Source of the DNA: a virus
Taxonomy: Duplodnaviria; Caudoviricetes
Length of the DNA: 61,649 nucleotides
Direction: 5' to 3' (one strand)
Virus record (IMG/VR): IMGVR_UViG_3300026518_000001
Location: 1 to 61,649 of that record
Shown here: one piece after another, positions 58,903 to 61,649 of the stretch
Layout: each line of letters opens with the position of its first letter
Position numbering within the stretch: position 1 is the first letter of the stretch
Translations under genes and position numbers: made by a program
The notes under the pieces: model-generated
The model's database searches: none
What the model saw: the letters and a program-made list of their open reading frames with translations, nothing else
What the model was told of the DNA's origin: nothing

Positions 58903-59154
58903 TTATGCTTCCTTTTTTTTATATTTTCTAATATCTTGTTTAACTTTAGTTATTCTATTCATTATGAATGTATAACCATATTTAGTAGTACAAACTACTT
59001 TATCTGTTTGCTCTTGTACTATTGCTCTTCCTCTTTTAAATTCATATATAAGAACCAACTTGTTATCATTGTTATAATTAACTCTTGTTGGTTTCTTGTA
59101 TTTCTTTCCTAGCATATTCTTAAAGTATTGATAATATCCTTGTCTAATTGTCAT
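58903..59154 (-). CDS. hypothetical basic protein
   Basis: Coupled ORF with AAGGAG RBS. Confidence 0.6.
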   Translation of the reverse strand: MTIRQGYYQYFKNMLGKKYKKPTRVNYNNDNKLVLIYEFKRGRAIVQEQTDKVVCTTKYGYTFIMNRITKVKQDIRKYKKKEA

Positions 59155-59545
59155 AAATCTCCTTTATTGTTATTTCTAATCTTGGTTCATTAATATCTCT
59201 ATTTTTAACTTCTAATGTTATTTTTTTGACAAAATTGACATTATCGTTCTCTAAGCAACCAATTTCTTGTAATGGATCAAGTAAGAATTTAATTAATATA
59301 GAATAATTATCTAAATCACTAACTGATGATTTGTAATATAAATTACAATGAAGTTCTACTTGATTAAACTTTATATTTTTATCTATTTGATCCAACACAA
59401 GTTTTTTATAGTAATGTTTAACTTTATTAGCTATTTGATAATGAGTATTTCTATACCAATTATTATTAATCAATATAGTTTTATTTTGTTTAGTCTTATA
59501 CTCAATCGTATAATATAAAGGAAGTGTTATCTTAATATTTTTCAT
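59144..59545 (-). CDS. RusA-like Holliday junction resolvase
   Basis: DLDN..KFLLD..GCLENDN..PRLEITI. Confidence 0.75.
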   Translation of the reverse strand: MKNIKITLPLYYTIEYKTKQNKTILINNNWYRNTHYQIANKVKHYYKKLVLDQIDKNIKFNQVELHCNLYYKSSVSDLDNYSILIKFLLDPLQEIGCLENDNVNFVKKITLEVKNRDINEPRLEITIKEIYDN

Positions 59546-59717
59546 CTAATGTTTTTTCAGCTAATTTTCTTGAAACTTTAATCTCTTCATCAATAATATA
59601 AATAACATTATCTATACCATTCTTTGGTTCTTCAATAGTTAATGAATCTAATTTAGTACCATCAAATTTTTCATTTAAAATAGTTAATAATTCTTTTGTA
59701 GTTAATCTTAATGTCAT
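59532..59717 (-). CDS. hypothetical protein
   Basis: AAGGAG RBS. Confidence 0.6.
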   Translation of the reverse strand: MTLRLTTKELLTILNEKFDGTKLDSLTIEEPKNGIDNVIYIIDEEIKVSRKLAEKTLDEKY

Positions 59718-59856
59718 ATTATTCTCCTTATATTTATTTTTACCAATGAACTAAATCATTTTTGTTCAACTTTATATTTATTTTTTATGATTACTTACAT
59801 AATACCACCAACTTTGTAATATAAAATTTCCTATTACACCTACCATAATTACATAC

Positions 59857-60567
59857 TCAATCATTTACATACTCCCAAATATAACCATAAGCTGATTTAG
59901 CATGTTTTTTTAAAACTGCTACTATATTAGATCTTTTTATATTTAAAGTTTTAGCTGCTTCACTAGCTGTTGTAAATTTTCTCATAATATCTCCTGTATC
60001 TTTATTTATTTGATATATTACTCTAGCATTTGGATGATCTTTTCCAGATAAATATGTATCTTTTCTATTTATTTTATGTATTATTATATTATCTTCTACA
60101 TTGTTTAAAGTATATGGTAAATTATATTCTTTAACAGTTCTATTATATGCTATAGCAGCTTCTTTCTCTGTATTAAAGACTTCAATTTGTTTATTTTTAC
60201 CATCTATATATACAGTAGTTCTATATATACCACTATTTAATTTTGATACACCTTTATAACCTTTAAAGGTGTATCTTCTATTATTTGCTTGTTCTATATA
60301 ATTAGCCCATCTACAATTATCTGAATAATATCCTTTATTTACATCTATTCTGTCTATTGTTAGTTCATCTTTATATCCATTTGTTATAGCCCAGCTATAA
60401 AATAATGAAAAATCTTTTAACCATTCATCATAAATAGTTATCCCTCTTTCACCATAATTTTTATAAGCTGGATTATTTTTATTATAGCATCTAGCTAACA
60501 TATTTCTGAATATTACACCTAATCTAGTATTTCCTTTTCCTTTATACCTATTGTGCATATACTTCAT
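59857..60567 (-). CDS. HNH-type homing endonuclease with AP2 and NUMOD1 domains
   Basis: NMLARCYN..YGERGI..TIDRIDVNKGY..NCRWA..QANN; AP2 FNTEKEAAIAYN; NUMOD1 at the C-terminus. Confidence 0.85.
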   Translation of the reverse strand: MKYMHNRYKGKGNTRLGVIFRNMLARCYNKNNPAYKNYGERGITIYDEWLKDFSLFYSWAITNGYKDELTIDRIDVNKGYYSDNCRWANYIEQANNRRYTFKGYKGVSKLNSGIYRTTVYIDGKNKQIEVFNTEKEAAIAYNRTVKEYNLPYTLNNVEDNIIIHKINRKDTYLSGKDHPNARVIYQINKDTGDIMRKFTTASEAAKTLNIKRSNIVAVLKKHAKSAYGYIWEYVND

Positions 60568-60572
60568 ATGTT

Positions 60573-60749
60573 TTATTTTCTATCTTTTTCAATGCTTTGT
60601 TTTCTATATTCTTTATATAGTTTTGTAAGCTCTAAACTTAACTTTCTAGCTTTTACACCTGAAGTTTTAATACCTTTTTCAATATTTCTTTCTATCTCTT
60701 CAATTAACATTTCTGTTTTTACTTTAATATCTTCTAATAATTTATTAAT
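60573..60749 (-). CDS. 58-aa Hc1 (histone H1-like) family protein with an ATT start (not in the ORF track)
   Basis: EKGIKTSGVKARKLSLELTKLYKEYRKQS matches the Hc1 pattern; AAGGA 6 nt upstream of the ATT. Confidence 0.65.
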   Translation of the reverse strand: MNKLLEDIKVKTEMLIEEIERNIEKGIKTSGVKARKLSLELTKLYKEYRKQSIEKDRK

Positions 60750-60763
60750 TATTTATCCTTTGT

Positions 60764-61513
60764 TTAAAATACAGGTTCTTTTCTATATATTAGTTTCTCT
60801 TGGTTTACTGGACATTTATCAGCATATGAACAATAATATTTACATTTCATATGAACTATTTGTCCTTTAACTTTTCTAATATATGTATCTTTACAAGGTT
60901 GTAATTCCATTACTCCACTATGAAGTAGATCCAACTCTTTCTTAATAGATGTTACTTTATCTTCTAATTTATAATCTTCTATATAAGGTACATCTACTAT
61001 TTGGATCGTAGGAACTTCAACTCCTGTTCTACTATTTAATCCACCATCTTTTAATATGAATATAAGTTTCATATCATATTTCTTATCATACTTATGTTCC
61101 ATTAAATATCTATAAGCATTTACTTGCCAAGTATAATGATGATTTTCTAAATCTTTTTTATATTGTTTAACTGTATATTCTTTAGTAGATTTAATATCAT
61201 AAATTGCTTTATTTAACCAATCAATAATATCTATACTACCTGTAAGCTTTAATCCACTAATTTCTATTGGATCGCATTTATATTCAGTAACAATATCTTC
61301 ATCAAGTTCTAAAGCTTTATCAATACCTAGATGAATAATTGATCCAAGTGAGTTCTGTCCAAAATTAGTATCTTTAATTACTCCATATTTTTGTCTAAGG
61401 AATATTTGCGTAATATCACTACCTAATTCACTTGCACTTATCTCATCAACTCTTGGATTAGTATTACCTTGATATTGAGTAGCTTCTAATATCTTTTGTT
61501 TTATACAACTCAT
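60764..61513 (-). CDS. PD-(D/E)XK Cas4-like exonuclease
   Basis: GSIIH, TGSID..YDIKST, QVNAY and C-terminal C..C...C.....C. Confidence 0.85.
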   Translation of the reverse strand: MSCIKQKILEATQYQGNTNPRVDEISASELGSDITQIFLRQKYGVIKDTNFGQNSLGSIIHLGIDKALELDEDIVTEYKCDPIEISGLKLTGSIDIIDWLNKAIYDIKSTKEYTVKQYKKDLENHHYTWQVNAYRYLMEHKYDKKYDMKLIFILKDGGLNSRTGVEVPTIQIVDVPYIEDYKLEDKVTSIKKELDLLHSGVMELQPCKDTYIRKVKGQIVHMKCKYYCSYADKCPVNQEKLIYRKEPVF

Positions 61514-61522
61514 TTATCTTCC

Positions 61523-61649
61523 TTTTAGATCCAAAGAGGAAGGAATTACCAAGCTGGTGATTCTTCTTTTGGTTTAGTTTCTTCTTTAGGTTTATCTTCA
61601 ATTACTGGTTTTTTCTCAATATCAGCTTTTAATTTATCTATACATTCTT
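61523..61649. repeat. 127-bp terminal direct repeat, right copy
   Basis: Identical to 1..127. Confidence 0.95.

Noticed and set aside
3765-60870. Short antisense ORFs in the track (e.g. 3765..4007, 10103..10309, 24837..25094, 40753..41049, 44969..45244, 48835..49128, 60553..60870)
   Set aside because: They are shadow frames opposite well-supported genes, lack an RBS, and have the F/L/I/S-rich composition expected from reverse-complemented AT-rich coding DNA.
61523-61649. Terminal repeat as a biological DTR
   Set aside because: It is exactly 127 bp and lies inside the SSB-like gene, which is typical of an assembler overlap. The real ends are more likely near 18.7-19.2 kb.
1-61649. Integrase/repressor lysogeny module or a DNA methyltransferase
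   Set aside because: No tyrosine or serine recombinase motifs and no FxGxG plus DPPY/PC methyltransferase motifs were recognised in any ORF.

Overview
This is a complete circular-permuted phage genome of 61,522 bp; the 127-bp terminal repeat (1..127 = 61523..61649) is most likely an assembly overlap. It is very AT-rich (about a quarter GC, judged by eye). The gene content is N4-like (Schitoviridae-type): a two-subunit RNAPII, a giant virion RNA polymerase, N4-type terminase, portal, capsid and ejection genes on the + strand, and primase-helicase, Sak4-like ATPase, SSB and Cas4-like nuclease genes on the - strand. A Campylobacterota host is inferred from AT content and the ThyX type, not shown. 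Five things stand out. (1) The 7-mer TTGGATC/GATCCAA (family TTGGNTC) is strongly over-represented on both strands, in all reading frames and in regulatory hairpins, but is absent from apparently imported islands. (2) There is no recognisable DNA polymerase, while a ParB-like gene and a repeat array containing a DnaA-type box are present. (3) The virion RNAP region is split into 1765-aa and 2464-aa ORFs whose nearly only cysteines sit at the split point, and the first ORF carries a GIY-YIG-like domain. (4) Two unannotated paralogous small membrane peptides exist, and a structured RNA has a 17-nt complement to the RBS of one of them. (5) An Apyc1-like anti-defence gene and several decaying accessory genes are present. 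All assignments come from motif recognition by eye; no database searches were run.
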